In this document: positions 36,343-45,244 of the stretch, piece after piece
Position numbering within the stretch: position 1 is the stretch's first letter
Layout of the letters: the number at the start of each line of letters is the position of its first letter
Position numbers and translations under genes: made by a program
Source: an uncultured Acidobacteriota bacterium
GTDB taxonomy: Bacteria; Acidobacteriota; Vicinamibacteria; Vicinamibacterales; CAVVIG01
DNA: 64,000 nucleotides
Assembly (NCBI GenBank): GCA_963792785.1
Contig: CAWBXO010000002.1
Coordinates: 256,330 to 320,329 of the forward strand
Reading direction: 5' to 3'
Notes under the pieces: model-generated
Seen by the model: the letters and a program-made list of their open reading frames with translations, nothing else
What the model was told of the DNA's origin: nothing
Database searches by the model: none

Positions 36343-36810
36343 ATGACCGGCATGCGGCGCCGGCTTCTCGGCTGTCTGACCCTCTCGGCAGCGCTCCTTG
36401 CCCCCGCGTACTCCGCCGCGCAGACGACCCGCGTCCGCTCCGATCAGGAGGCGCTGACCGAGCTGGAGCACCAGTGGAACGACGCGGTGTACCGGCAGGA
36501 CGCCGATTTCGTCGCCTCGGTCCTCGCCGACGAGTTCGTGGCCACGTACGAGGACGGCAGCCGCGGCGACAAGGCCAGCGAGCTCGAGCTGGTCCGCACC
36601 TTCAATCAGTACGTGGAGTCCGCGATCCAGGACGACTTCACGATCCGCGTCTACGGCGACACGGCGATCGTCTGGTTCACGCTGCACCTGACCGGCGTCC
36701 GCCAGGGCCAGCACGCCGAGGTCACGCTCCGCTTCACCGACGTCTTCGTGTTTCGCGACACCCGCTGGCAATGCGTGTCGAGCCAGAGCACGAAGGTCAC
36801 GCCGGCGTAG
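36343..36810 (+). CDS. Secreted SnoaL-like/DUF4440 (NTF2-fold) protein
   Basis: Signal peptide 'RRRLLGCLTLSAALLAPAYSAAQ'. 'ALTELEHQWNDAVYRQDADFVASVLADEFVATY' and 'TDVFVFRDTRWQCVSSQ' are typical of DUF4440. Confidence 0.6.
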   Translation: MTGMRRRLLGCLTLSAALLAPAYSAAQTTRVRSDQEALTELEHQWNDAVYRQDADFVASVLADEFVATYEDGSRGDKASELELVRTFNQYVESAIQDDFTIRVYGDTAIVWFTLHLTGVRQGQHAEVTLRFTDVFVFRDTRWQCVSSQSTKVTPA

Positions 36811-36849
36811 GCGCCGGACGGCGCAACGGGCGGTGGAATCGGCGCGCAT

Positions 36850-36945
36850 TGGCGGAGAAGGGAGGGAGTCGAACCCTCCGGGGATCGTGTCGATCCCCAG
36901 ACTGGTTTTGAAGACCAGCGGCGCCACCGGGCACCTTCCTTCTCC
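36850..36945 (-). tRNA. selC: tRNA-Sec (anticodon UCA), CCA encoded
   Basis: The reverse complement reads GGAGAAGG-AA-GGTGCC-CGGT-GGCGCC-G-CTGGT-CTTCAAA-ACCAG-(long variable arm GGGGATCG-ACA-CGATCCCC)-GAGGG-TTCGACT-CCCTC-CCTTCTCC-G-CCA. This gives an 8-bp acceptor stem, a 6-bp D stem with a 4-nt loop, the UCA anticodon and a long extra arm, matching the bacterial tRNA-Sec architecture. Confidence 0.9.
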
Positions 36946-37043
36946 TCACGTCGCCAGTCTACCGGGACTGCGGCCCGGGGAACTTGTCGGCCGCGACGCG
37001 CGTAGGATCACACAGATCCGGGCGTCCATCCCTGAGGTGAACC

Positions 37044-39515
37044 GTGACGATCGGCCGTGTGCTGGACGATACGAGCCGCGACGTTCGCGATGGCGTGCGG
37101 TCGCTTCTGCGCCGCCCGGGGTTCACCGCCGTGGCCATCCTGTCGCTGGCGCTCGGCATCGGCGCGAACACGGCCATCTTCACCCTCGTCAACGCCATCA
37201 TCCTCCGCCCCACCCCGATCGATCGCCCTGACCAGATCGTCAACATCTACCTCAATCAACCCTCCGCCTCCTACAGCACGCTGTCGTACCCGGAGTTCAG
37301 GGACATTCGCGACGCCACCGCAGGCGTGTTCAGCGGGCTCGGCGCCACGCAACTCGTGCCGGCGCAGGTCGATGGCGCCGACGGGATCGGCATCGAGTTC
37401 GCCGAGGCCGTGACGGGCACCTATTTCCCGATGCTCGGCATTCACGCGGTGATCGGCCGCACGCTGCTGCCCGACGACGACGTCGGCCGGGGAGGCCACG
37501 CGGTCGTCATGCTCGACTACGGCTACTGGCAGGCGGCGTTCGGTGCCGATCCGGCGGTCGTCGGCCGTGAGCTCCGAATCAGCGGCCGAGCCTACACCGT
37601 GATCGGCGTCGGACCGCCGGACTTCCTGGGCAGCATCACGGGGCTCCGGCCCGCGTTCTACGCGCCGTACGCGATGGTCGAGGAGCTCGTCGGCGACACG
37701 ATGTTCGACAACCGGGGCAACCACTCGCTGTTCGTCAAGGCCCGCCGGCGCGACGGCGTCACGCTTCCCCAGGTCCAGGCCGCCGTCACCTCGGTCGCCA
37801 CCCGCCTCACCGAAAGCCGCATTCAGGGTTGGGATCCGGCCAGCGCGTTCCTCACGGTCCCGACGACCGACGTCCTCCTCTACCCGCCGCTGGATCAGTA
37901 CATCCGCGGAAGCGCGTGGCTGCTCATGGTGGTGGTCGCCCTCGTGCTGCTGCTGGCCTGCACGAACCTGGCGAGCTTTCTCCTCGCCCGCGCGGTCGAT
38001 CGGCGCAAGGACATCGCGGTGCGGCTCGCATTGGGCGCATCGCGGTGGTCGCTCGTGCGGCGCCTGCTCACCGAGAGCACGCTGCTGAGCCTGCTGGCGG
38101 GCGGGGTCGGGGTCGGCCTGGCCGTCGCGCTGCTGCATCTGCTGGTCCGCGTCGATCTTCCCGTGCCGCTGCCGATCAATCTCGATCTCGGCCTGGACTG
38201 GACGGTGCTGCTCTTCACGCTCGGCGTGTCGGTCGTCGCCGGCGCGCTGCTCGGTCTCGTCCCGGCGCTCCAAAGCACGCGCCCGGATCTGGTGGCCGTC
38301 ATCAAGACCGAGAGCGCGGGCGGCGGGCAGCCCACCCACCGGCGGTGGCGAAACGCCCTGGTCGTCACCCAACTCACGATTTCTCTCGTCCTCCTGGTGG
38401 GCGCCGGCCTGTTCCTTCGCAGCTTCCAAAAGGTGCTGGCGGTGGATCCCGGCTTCGGACGGGATCCGGCGGCCATCCTGACCTTCATGACGCCGGCGAC
38501 GCGATTCACCGACGACGAGGGGCGCGTCTACGCGAAGCGGCTGCTCGAGCGGTTTCGGGCCGTTCCGGGAGTGACCGCCCTCGGGGTCATCAGCAACCTC
38601 CCGCTCAACCCGCTCAGCACCTCCTCCATGCCGTTCAACGTGGACGGACACGAGCCGCCGGTCGACCAGCGCGCCTTCATCGCCGACCGCGCCGAGGTCG
38701 ATGCCGGGTTCTTTGACGCCGTCGGGATCAGGATCCTGCGCGGCCGGAACTTCACCGACGCCGATCGGCACGGCAGCCAGGCGGTGGCGATCGTCAGCGA
38801 AGCCATGGCGCAGCGCTTCTGGCCGGGCGGCGACGCCATCGGCCGCCTGATCCGGACGGTCGACGACGACGACCAGGACCTGGTCGTCGTCGGAGTGGCC
38901 AGCGACGCCAAGGTGCGGACGCTCAGCGAAGCCCCGCGGAACATGATCTATCGCTCGTACGAACAGTTCTTCCCGCGCTCGCTGACCGTCGTCGCCAGGA
39001 CCTCGGCCGATCCAGATCGGACGGCGCTCGCACTGCTGGCTGCGGGACGCGAGGTGGATCCGAACTTGTGGGTCTGGGAAATGAAGACGATGGAGCGGCA
39101 CCTGGCCACGATGCGGCTGCCGGCGCAGCTGTCGGCCTTCGTGCTCGCGGTCTTCGCCGTTCTGTCTCTCGCGCTGGCGGCGATTGGGCTGTACGGCGTG
39201 GTCAGCTACGCCGTGTCCGAGCGCACGCGTGAGGTCGGGATCCGGATGGCGCTCGGCGCCGATCCAGGCTCCGTCGTCAGGCTGCTCGCCTTGAGCGGCC
39301 TTCGACTGGTGCTGATCGGGACGGGGATCGGCCTGGCCGGCGCGCTGGTGGTGACGCGGCTGTTGAGCAGCCTGCTGTTCGGCGTGGAGACGTTCGATCC
39401 CGTCACCTTCGCGGTGGTGCCCCTCGTGCTCGGGGCAACCGCCGGCCTCGCCGCGTACCTTCCGGCCCGCCGCGCCAGCCGGATCGATCCCGTGACGGCC
39501 CTCCGGGCGGACTAG
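37044..39515 (+). CDS. ADOP-family duplicated MacB/FtsX-type ABC permease
   Basis: 823 aa. 'DVRDGVRSLLRRPGFTAVAILSLALGIGANTAIFTLVNAIILRP' is the typical ADOP N-terminus. It has two FtsX modules, each preceded by a large periplasmic domain. No adjacent ATPase gene. Confidence 0.85.
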   Translation: MTIGRVLDDTSRDVRDGVRSLLRRPGFTAVAILSLALGIGANTAIFTLVNAIILRPTPIDRPDQIVNIYLNQPSASYSTLSYPEFRDIRDATAGVFSGLGATQLVPAQVDGADGIGIEFAEAVTGTYFPMLGIHAVIGRTLLPDDDVGRGGHAVVMLDYGYWQAAFGADPAVVGRELRISGRAYTVIGVGPPDFLGSITGLRPAFYAPYAMVEELVGDTMFDNRGNHSLFVKARRRDGVTLPQVQAAVTSVATRLTESRIQGWDPASAFLTVPTTDVLLYPPLDQYIRGSAWLLMVVVALVLLLACTNLASFLLARAVDRRKDIAVRLALGASRWSLVRRLLTESTLLSLLAGGVGVGLAVALLHLLVRVDLPVPLPINLDLGLDWTVLLFTLGVSVVAGALLGLVPALQSTRPDLVAVIKTESAGGGQPTHRRWRNALVVTQLTISLVLLVGAGLFLRSFQKVLAVDPGFGRDPAAILTFMTPATRFTDDEGRVYAKRLLERFRAVPGVTALGVISNLPLNPLSTSSMPFNVDGHEPPVDQRAFIADRAEVDAGFFDAVGIRILRGRNFTDADRHGSQAVAIVSEAMAQRFWPGGDAIGRLIRTVDDDDQDLVVVGVASDAKVRTLSEAPRNMIYRSYEQFFPRSLTVVARTSADPDRTALALLAAGREVDPNLWVWEMKTMERHLATMRLPAQLSAFVLAVFAVLSLALAAIGLYGVVSYAVSERTREVGIRMALGADPGSVVRLLALSGLRLVLIGTGIGLAGALVVTRLLSSLLFGVETFDPVTFAVVPLVLGATAGLAAYLPARRASRIDPVTALRAD

Positions 39516-39566
39516 ACGGCTTGGCCTTCGTTGAAACGGGACGGCATTTGTGCGAGCCTCATCGGG

Positions 39567-40955
39567 ATGGCACACAGCGGCGGGCGGCTTCGGGACCTGC
39601 CCTCGATCGACCGCCTCCTGGTTCTCGCCGCTGAGGAGCCTCGTCTGGCCCGGTTCGCCCGCGAGAGCATCGCGCGCGCCTGCCGGGAGATCGTGGGCGA
39701 GTTGCGGCGCGCCCTCGAACTCGGCGAGCCGTCCGATTCACGATCGCTCGCCGAGGCGTCGGTGCTCGAGCGGGTCCGCGAGCGGCTCACGACGATGGCC
39801 GACGGCGGCCTCACGCGCGTGGTCAACGCCACCGGCACGATCCTGCACACGAACCTCGGGCGCGCGCCGCTCGCGGCGCCGGCCGTCGAGGCCGTCCGTC
39901 TGGCGGCCGCCCATCCCGTGACGCTCGAGTACGACCTGGAGCGCGGCGAGCGCGGGCGGCGTGAGGCCCAGTTGGAACGGCTGCTCGTCGAACTCACCGG
40001 CGCCGAGGCCGCGACAGTCGTCAACAACAACGCCGCCGCGACGCTGCTGGCGCTGAACACCCTCGCCGACGGCAAAGACGTGGTGGTGTCGCGCGGCGAG
40101 CTCATCGAGATCGGCGGCGCGTTCCGGATCCCCGAGATCATGGCGAAGAGCGGGGCCGTGCTGCGGGAGGTCGGCACCACCAACCGCACCCACGCCGCCG
40201 ACTACGAGCGCGCGATCGGCGAGCGGACGGGCCTGCTGCTGAAGGTCCACACGAGCAATTACAAGGTCGTCGGCTTCGTGGCGGACGTGCCCCTGCCGGA
40301 CCTGGTCGCCATCGGCCGGCGGCACGGCGTGCCCGTCATGGAGGATCTGGGGAGCGGGGCGCTGGTCGATCTCGGCCGGTACGGCCTGCCCGCGGAACCC
40401 GTGGTGCGCGACCGCGTCGGGATGGGCGCCGACGTGGTGACCTTCAGCGGCGACAAGGTGCTCGGCGGCCCGCAGGCAGGCCTGATCGTCGGATCGCATC
40501 GCTGGGTGGGCGAGATCTCGCGGAACCCGCTGCACCGCGCCGTACGGTGCGGCAAGCTCACGATCGCGGCCCTCGAGGCCACGCTGAAGCTCTACGCGGG
40601 GGCCGGCGACCCGGCCGTGGACGTGCCGACGCTGGTGATGCTGACGCGGCCGATCGAGCACCTCGAGGACGTCGGAGCGCGGGCCCTGCCCCTGCTCGCG
40701 GCGGCGCTGGGCCCGGAGTTCCGGCTGTCGCTGCGGCCATCGACCTGCCAGATCGGCAGCGGCGCCCTTCCGACCGAAGAGATCCCGTCGAGGGCGATCG
40801 TCGTCGAGCACGATCGCCTGCCCGCCCACCGGATCGCCGAGCGCTTCCGGCGCGCGCGCCCGCCCGTCGTCGGGCGCGTCGTCGCCGATCGCTTTCTCCT
40901 CGACCTGCGGACGATCTTCGATCCGGCCGAGCTGGCGCCGGGCCAGCCGGATTGA
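39567..40955 (+). CDS. selA: L-seryl-tRNA(Sec) selenium transferase
   Basis: '[11 protein letters not shown]', '[18 protein letters not shown]', '[20 protein letters not shown]' and '[17 protein letters not shown]' (PLP lysine). The longest ORF starts at TTG 39531. Confidence 0.9.
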   Translation: MAHSGGRLRDLPSIDRLLVLAAEEPRLARFARESIARACREIVGELRRALELGEPSDSRSLAEASVLERVRERLTTMADGGLTRVVNATGTILHTNLGRAPLAAPAVEAVRLAAAHPVTLEYDLERGERGRREAQLERLLVELTGAEAATVVNNNAAATLLALNTLADGKDVVVSRGELIEIGGAFRIPEIMAKSGAVLREVGTTNRTHAADYERAIGERTGLLLKVHTSNYKVVGFVADVPLPDLVAIGRRHGVPVMEDLGSGALVDLGRYGLPAEPVVRDRVGMGADVVTFSGDKVLGGPQAGLIVGSHRWVGEISRNPLHRAVRCGKLTIAALEATLKLYAGAGDPAVDVPTLVMLTRPIEHLEDVGARALPLLAAALGPEFRLSLRPSTCQIGSGALPTEEIPSRAIVVEHDRLPAHRIAERFRRARPPVVGRVVADRFLLDLRTIFDPAELAPGQPD

Positions 40956-40965
40956 ACGGCCCGGC

Positions 40966-42903
40966 ATGTCCCACGTCATCGGCACGGCCGGACATATCGA
41001 CCACGGGAAGACGAGCCTCGTGAAGGCGCTCACCGGCGAGGACACTGATCGGCTCGCGGAGGAAAAGGCGCGGGGGATTTCGATCGAGCTCGGCTTCGCG
41101 CATCTCGATCTCCCGGGCGGCGGTCGAGCCGGAATCGTCGATGTGCCGGGTCACGAGCGCTTCATTCGCACCATGCTCGCCGGCGCGCACGGCATGGACC
41201 TCGTGCTCTTCACCGTCGCGGCTGACGACGGGGTCATGCCGCAGACCGAGGAACACTTCGACATCCTCCACCTGCTGGGCGTCGATCACGCGGTCTTCGT
41301 CGTCACGAAGGTCGATCTGGTGCCCGCGGCGCGGGTGGCCGAGGTCGCCGACGAGATCCGGATCCTCGCGTCCGGCACCGCGCTGGCGCAAGCGCCGATC
41401 GTCGCGTTCTCGTCCGTGACGCTCCGCGGCCTCGACGAGCTGCGCGCCGAGATCGCGCGCGTGCTGGCGGCGATCGATCGGCCCGTGCCGCCCGGCTACT
41501 TCCGCCTTCCCGTCGATCGGGCGTTCGTCCTCCAGGGACACGGGCTGGTGGCGACCGGCACGGCGGTCGCCGGCGTCGTCAAGCCGGGCGATCGCCTGCG
41601 CGCCCTGCCACATGGCCAGACGTTCCGTGTGCGCACCGTGCAGGTGCACAACGAGCCGGTCGACCAGGGGGCGTGGGGCCAGCGCGTGGCCCTGAATCTC
41701 AGCGGAGACGCCAGGCCCGCGCTCGAGCGCGGCGACGTCTTGTGCGACGAGCGCGTCACCTCCAGCTCCGATCGCTTCGATGCGTCGCTCGAGGCGCGCG
41801 CCTCGGCGGGCACGTCGGCCGTGCTGAAGGACCGTCAGCGCGTGCGCGTCCACCTCGGCACGGCGGAGCGGATGGCCCGGCTGATCCTGCTCGGCCCGCG
41901 CGACCGCCTCGACGCGAGGGAAACGGCGTTCGGCCAGCTCGTGCTGTCGCAGCCGCTCTTCGCGGCGCGCGGCGACCGGTTCGTGATCCGCGACGAGACG
42001 GCTCGACGGACGCTCGGCGGCGGCGTGGTGCTCCATCCCCGGCCGCGGATCCATCGCCGGCGCGAGCCGGACCTGGAAGCGCGCCTCAGGATCCTGCAGA
42101 CGGGGAGCCTGTCGGAGGTGCTGGCGCTGGTCATCGACGAGCACGAGGCGTTCGCGGTGCCGCTCGCGCCCGTGTGCGAGCTGCTCAACGCCACGCCCGG
42201 CGACGTCGCCGGCGCGCTGGCGGCGGCGGCCGATGTCCGGGCCATCCGCCTCGAGGGCGACTCGGCCTATACGACGGCGAGAAAGTGGCGCGCCTCGACC
42301 GATGCGCTGCTCGCCTCGCTTCGCGCGTTCCACGCCGGCCATCCGCTCGCGCCGGGCCAGGACATGGAGACGCTGCGCGACACGCTGCCATGGGCGGCTC
42401 CCCCGGGCGTCTTTCGCGCCTGGGTGGACCAGCTCGAGCGAGAGGGCGTCCTCACCCGCGACGGCAGCGTCGTGCGCGCGCCGGAACACACGACCGCGCT
42501 GCGGGGCGACGCGCGCCGCGTCGCGGACCGCATTCTGGCGCTGCTCGGCGAACATCCGCTGACGCCGCCCGATCCTCCGCAACTGGCGGCCGCGCTCGGC
42601 ATCGACGGCGCCCGGCTCGTCGAACTCCTGCGCGCGCTCGAGCGCGAGGGCGCGATCGTTCGACTCGCGCGCGACTTGTATATCCTGACGGAGGCGCTGG
42701 ACACGGTGACGCGGTCCCTTCGCGAGGAGCTGCCCGACGGCGCGCTCCTCACGCTGGCGTCGTTCCGCGAACGATTCGGGACCAGCCGGAAGTATGCGAT
42801 CCCGCTGCTGGAGCATCTCGACCGCGACGGTGTCACGGAGCGTGTCGGCGACGCGCGGCGCCTGAAGGCCGACGCCAGGGAGGTCCGAGAGTGGCGAAAC
42901 TGA
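40966..42903 (+). CDS. selB: Selenocysteine-specific translation elongation factor
   Basis: G1 '[10 protein letters not shown]', '[10 protein letters not shown]', G3 'DVPGHERF', G4 'TKVD', and a long C-terminal winged-helix region ending '[17 protein letters not shown]'. Confidence 0.9.
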   Translation: MSHVIGTAGHIDHGKTSLVKALTGEDTDRLAEEKARGISIELGFAHLDLPGGGRAGIVDVPGHERFIRTMLAGAHGMDLVLFTVAADDGVMPQTEEHFDILHLLGVDHAVFVVTKVDLVPAARVAEVADEIRILASGTALAQAPIVAFSSVTLRGLDELRAEIARVLAAIDRPVPPGYFRLPVDRAFVLQGHGLVATGTAVAGVVKPGDRLRALPHGQTFRVRTVQVHNEPVDQGAWGQRVALNLSGDARPALERGDVLCDERVTSSSDRFDASLEARASAGTSAVLKDRQRVRVHLGTAERMARLILLGPRDRLDARETAFGQLVLSQPLFAARGDRFVIRDETARRTLGGGVVLHPRPRIHRRREPDLEARLRILQTGSLSEVLALVIDEHEAFAVPLAPVCELLNATPGDVAGALAAAADVRAIRLEGDSAYTTARKWRASTDALLASLRAFHAGHPLAPGQDMETLRDTLPWAAPPGVFRAWVDQLEREGVLTRDGSVVRAPEHTTALRGDARRVADRILALLGEHPLTPPDPPQLAAALGIDGARLVELLRALEREGAIVRLARDLYILTEALDTVTRSLREELPDGALLTLASFRERFGTSRKYAIPLLEHLDRDGVTERVGDARRLKADAREVREWRN

Positions 42904-43961
42904 GCCGCCGCAAGAAGCTGAAGCTGACCGGGCTGACCCAGCGGGTGGCCGCCGCCGGTTGAGCGGCCAAGCTCGGCCCGGCCGACCTGCTGCAGGTACT
43001 GCACAGCCTCCCGACGTTCGCGGATCCCGATCTGATTGTCGGCACGGAAACGTCCGACGATGCGGGAGTGTTCCGCCTGCGGCCCGATCTGGCGATCGTG
43101 AACACGGTGGATTTCTTCACGCCGATCGTGGACGACCCGTTCACGTTCGGGCAGGTGGCGGCCGCCAACGCCTTGAGCGACATCTACGCGATGGGCGCCG
43201 AGCCGAAGACCGCGCTCAACATCGTCGGGTTCCCCAAGGGAAAGATGGATCTGGCCGTGCTCACCGAGATCATCCGCGGCGGGTCGGACCGGGCGCGGGA
43301 AGCCGGGGCCGTGGTCGTCGGGGGGCACACGATCATCGACGACGAGCTCAAGTACGGCATGGCCGTGACAGGCGTGGTGCACCCGGACCGTGTGATCCGG
43401 AACGTCGGCGTGCGCGCCGGCGACGCGCTCGTCCTGACCAAGGCGCTGGGCACTGGCATCATCGCGACCGCGTTGAAGCGGCGCAAGGCGTCGAGGGAGA
43501 GCGTCCGCGCGGCCACTCGGTCGATGGTGGCGCTGAACCGTGCGGCGTCGATCGTGATGCGGCGGTTCCAGGTGCACGCGTGCTCCGACGTCACCGGTTT
43601 CGGCCTGATGGGACACGCCCTCGAGATGGCGAGCGCCAGCGGCGTCACGATCGTCCTCGACGCCGGCAGCCTGCCGCTCCTGCCGGGCGCCAGGCGCCTG
43701 GCCCGGCTGGGCTTTCTGACGGGCGGATGCCGGCGGAATCGTGACCACGTGATGCAGCGCGGCGCGATCGACGGGCCGATCGATCAGGCGCTCGTCGAAC
43801 TCGCGTTCGATCCGCAGACATCGGGCGGGCTGCTGATGGCCGTCGCGCCCGACCGGGCGCGGGACCTCGTGAATGCGCTGCACGCCCGCGGCGTCGGCGC
43901 CGCGGCCGTCGTCGGGCGGGCGACGGCGCCCGGACCGTTCGCCGTGAGGCTGCGCGCGTAA
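42891..43961 (+). CDS. selD: Selenide, water dikinase (selenophosphate synthetase), Sec-containing form; in-frame TGA at 42960-42962 read as selenocysteine
   Basis: ORF 41673..42962 ends '...KLTGLTQRVAAAG' then TGA. The same frame continues 'AAKLGPADLLQVL...TETSDDAGVF...VDFFTPIVDDPFTFGQVAAANALSDIYAMGA'. The alignment to E. coli SelD 'RLTQYSHGAGCGCKI' places U at Cys17 and keeps Lys20. The GTG at 42891 is preceded by GGGAGG. Confidence 0.85.
42988..43007 (+). promoter_or_regulatory. Candidate SECIS-like hairpin for the selD UGA (weak)
   Basis: UGCUGCAG-GUA-CUGCACAGC lies 25 nt after the UGA. It has a 5-bp stem plus a bulged extension and a G/U-containing apical loop. Found by eye only; other local pairings (GGCC...GGCC at 42965-42978) are possible. 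Confidence 0.3.
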
Positions 43962-43971
43962 GACCGATGGG

Positions 43972-45114
43972 CTACGGCGTGGTGCGCTGGCGCACGAGCG
44001 ACCGGAGCGTGAAGGTCCACGAGAGCGGCACGGACTCCGGATTGAAGCAGACCGTGTCGTCGCAGGCCTGATAGTCCAGCGTCGCGTGGACGGTCAGCGA
44101 GTCGAGGCCTCGCAGCGCGGCCTGCGCGTCCGGGGTCCCCTGCAGGACGATGTCCTGCAGCAGCGTGAACGGCTTCTGGTACACGGGCACGCGCTCGTTC
44201 AAGGGCTCGAAGAAATAGACCTCCGACGCCGGGTACCGCGGCGGCAGCACCTGAATGAGCGGCGAGTCCTCGATGCGCACCGCGATCGGCCGGTAGCCGT
44301 CTGCGCCTGGCGCGTACACGTGCACGCCGGGATGCGGCGTGATGTCGAAGGCGAGCGTGAGGCGGTTGCCCGGCGCGAGGGCCGAATCGCTGGGATAGGC
44401 CGTCACGTCGAGGTGCGCGGTCGCCAGCTTCGTGCCGGCGACGTTCGCGCCGGCGTCGGTGCGCATCAGGATGCTCGACACGGTGCTGCGGTCGATGTAG
44501 AAATCCTCGAAGAACCGTGCCGTCACGCGGCCGCTGCGATCCAGCATGAACGTCCCGGGGAACGCGATGCCGGCCATCCGCGGGCTCGCGCCCACGACCG
44601 AGACGTACATCTTGATGTCGTCCGCCAGCGCGGGATCCTTGGCGTTGGGCCCGGCCAGCTCCATCGCCACGGTGTTGAGGATGCCGTAGCGCTTGATCGT
44701 CTCCGACCCGACGTCGGCCAGCATCGGGAACGTGATCGCGTGCTGGCGGCTGAACGCCTGGATGATCTCCGGCGAGTCGTAGCTGATCACGGCCAGACCC
44801 AGGCCCCGGTCAGCGAGCTCCTTCGTGCGGCTTTGCAGCTCGACGAGCTGCGTCTTGCAGTACGGTCACCAATCGGCCGACCGGACGAAGACGAGCATGG
44901 CGCCCCGCGGGCCCATGATCGACTGCAGCGTCTCGGTCCGGCCGTTCTGATCGGGCAGGCTGAAGTCGGGCACGCGCTCGCCGACCTGAGGCCCGAGCTT
45001 CGATACGTCGACCTTCGCCCGCGCCGCGGGCGGGGACTGGGCCGCCGGTCCCGCGGACAGGCCCACACCTGCCAGCAGGGCGACAAACGGTATACAGCGG
45101 AGTGGCGATCTCAT
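43972..45114 (-). CDS. Selenoprotein: secreted AhpC/TSA-redoxin-like thiol:disulfide oxidoreductase (W-U-P-Y-C active site) fused to a DsbD-N/DsbC-like (PF11412-type) domain; TGA at 44866-44868 read as Sec
   Basis: ORF 44866..45264 ends '...GAMLVFVRSADW' then TGA. The same frame continues 'PYCKTQLVELQSRTKELADRGLGLAVISYDSPEIIQAF...' into ORF 43972..44790 (44865-44790=75, in frame). Signal peptide 'MRSPLRCIPFVALLAGVGLSAGPAAQ'. The C-terminal 'TLDYQACDDTVCFNPESV' is typical of DsbD-alpha-like domains. Confidence 0.75.
44835..44851 (-). promoter_or_regulatory. Candidate bacterial SECIS hairpin for the redoxin UGA
   Basis: On the mRNA: UGA + 14 nt (CCGUACUGCAAGAC) + GCAGCUC-GUC-GAGCUGC. This is a perfect 7-bp stem, or 6 bp with a CGUCG loop, with G/U in the apical loop. 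Confidence 0.5.
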
Positions 45115-45244
45115 GGCTTCTGCCCTCGCGATCGACGAATCGCTTCGGGCATTGTAGCAATCTCCGCACCCCGATCCAGCGGAAACGGCGCGCCTGTCTT
45201 CGCTCCTCCTGCCAGAGTTGTCATGAGGCAACGACAGTCGCCAA

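Noticed and set aside
34614-36911. 765-aa + strand ORF antisense to the Kef-type antiporter
   Set aside because: It is a shadow ORF with extreme Arg/Asp/Glu/His composition. It also runs through the tRNA-Sec gene. The antiporter on the minus strand has clear CPA2 and TrkA-N motifs.
36833-37231. 132-aa + strand ORF overlapping the tRNA-Sec gene
   Set aside because: The region folds into a canonical tRNA-Sec on the minus strand. The ORF has no supporting features and overlaps the start of the ADOP permease.
37008-39575. 855-aa minus-strand ORF antisense to the ADOP permease
   Set aside because: It is a shadow ORF with no TM or domain logic. The + strand protein has the characteristic ADOP N-terminus and duplicated FtsX modules.
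40558-43883. 752-aa and 538-aa minus-strand ORFs antisense to selB and selD
   Set aside because: They are shadow ORFs. selB and selD are unambiguous on the + strand.
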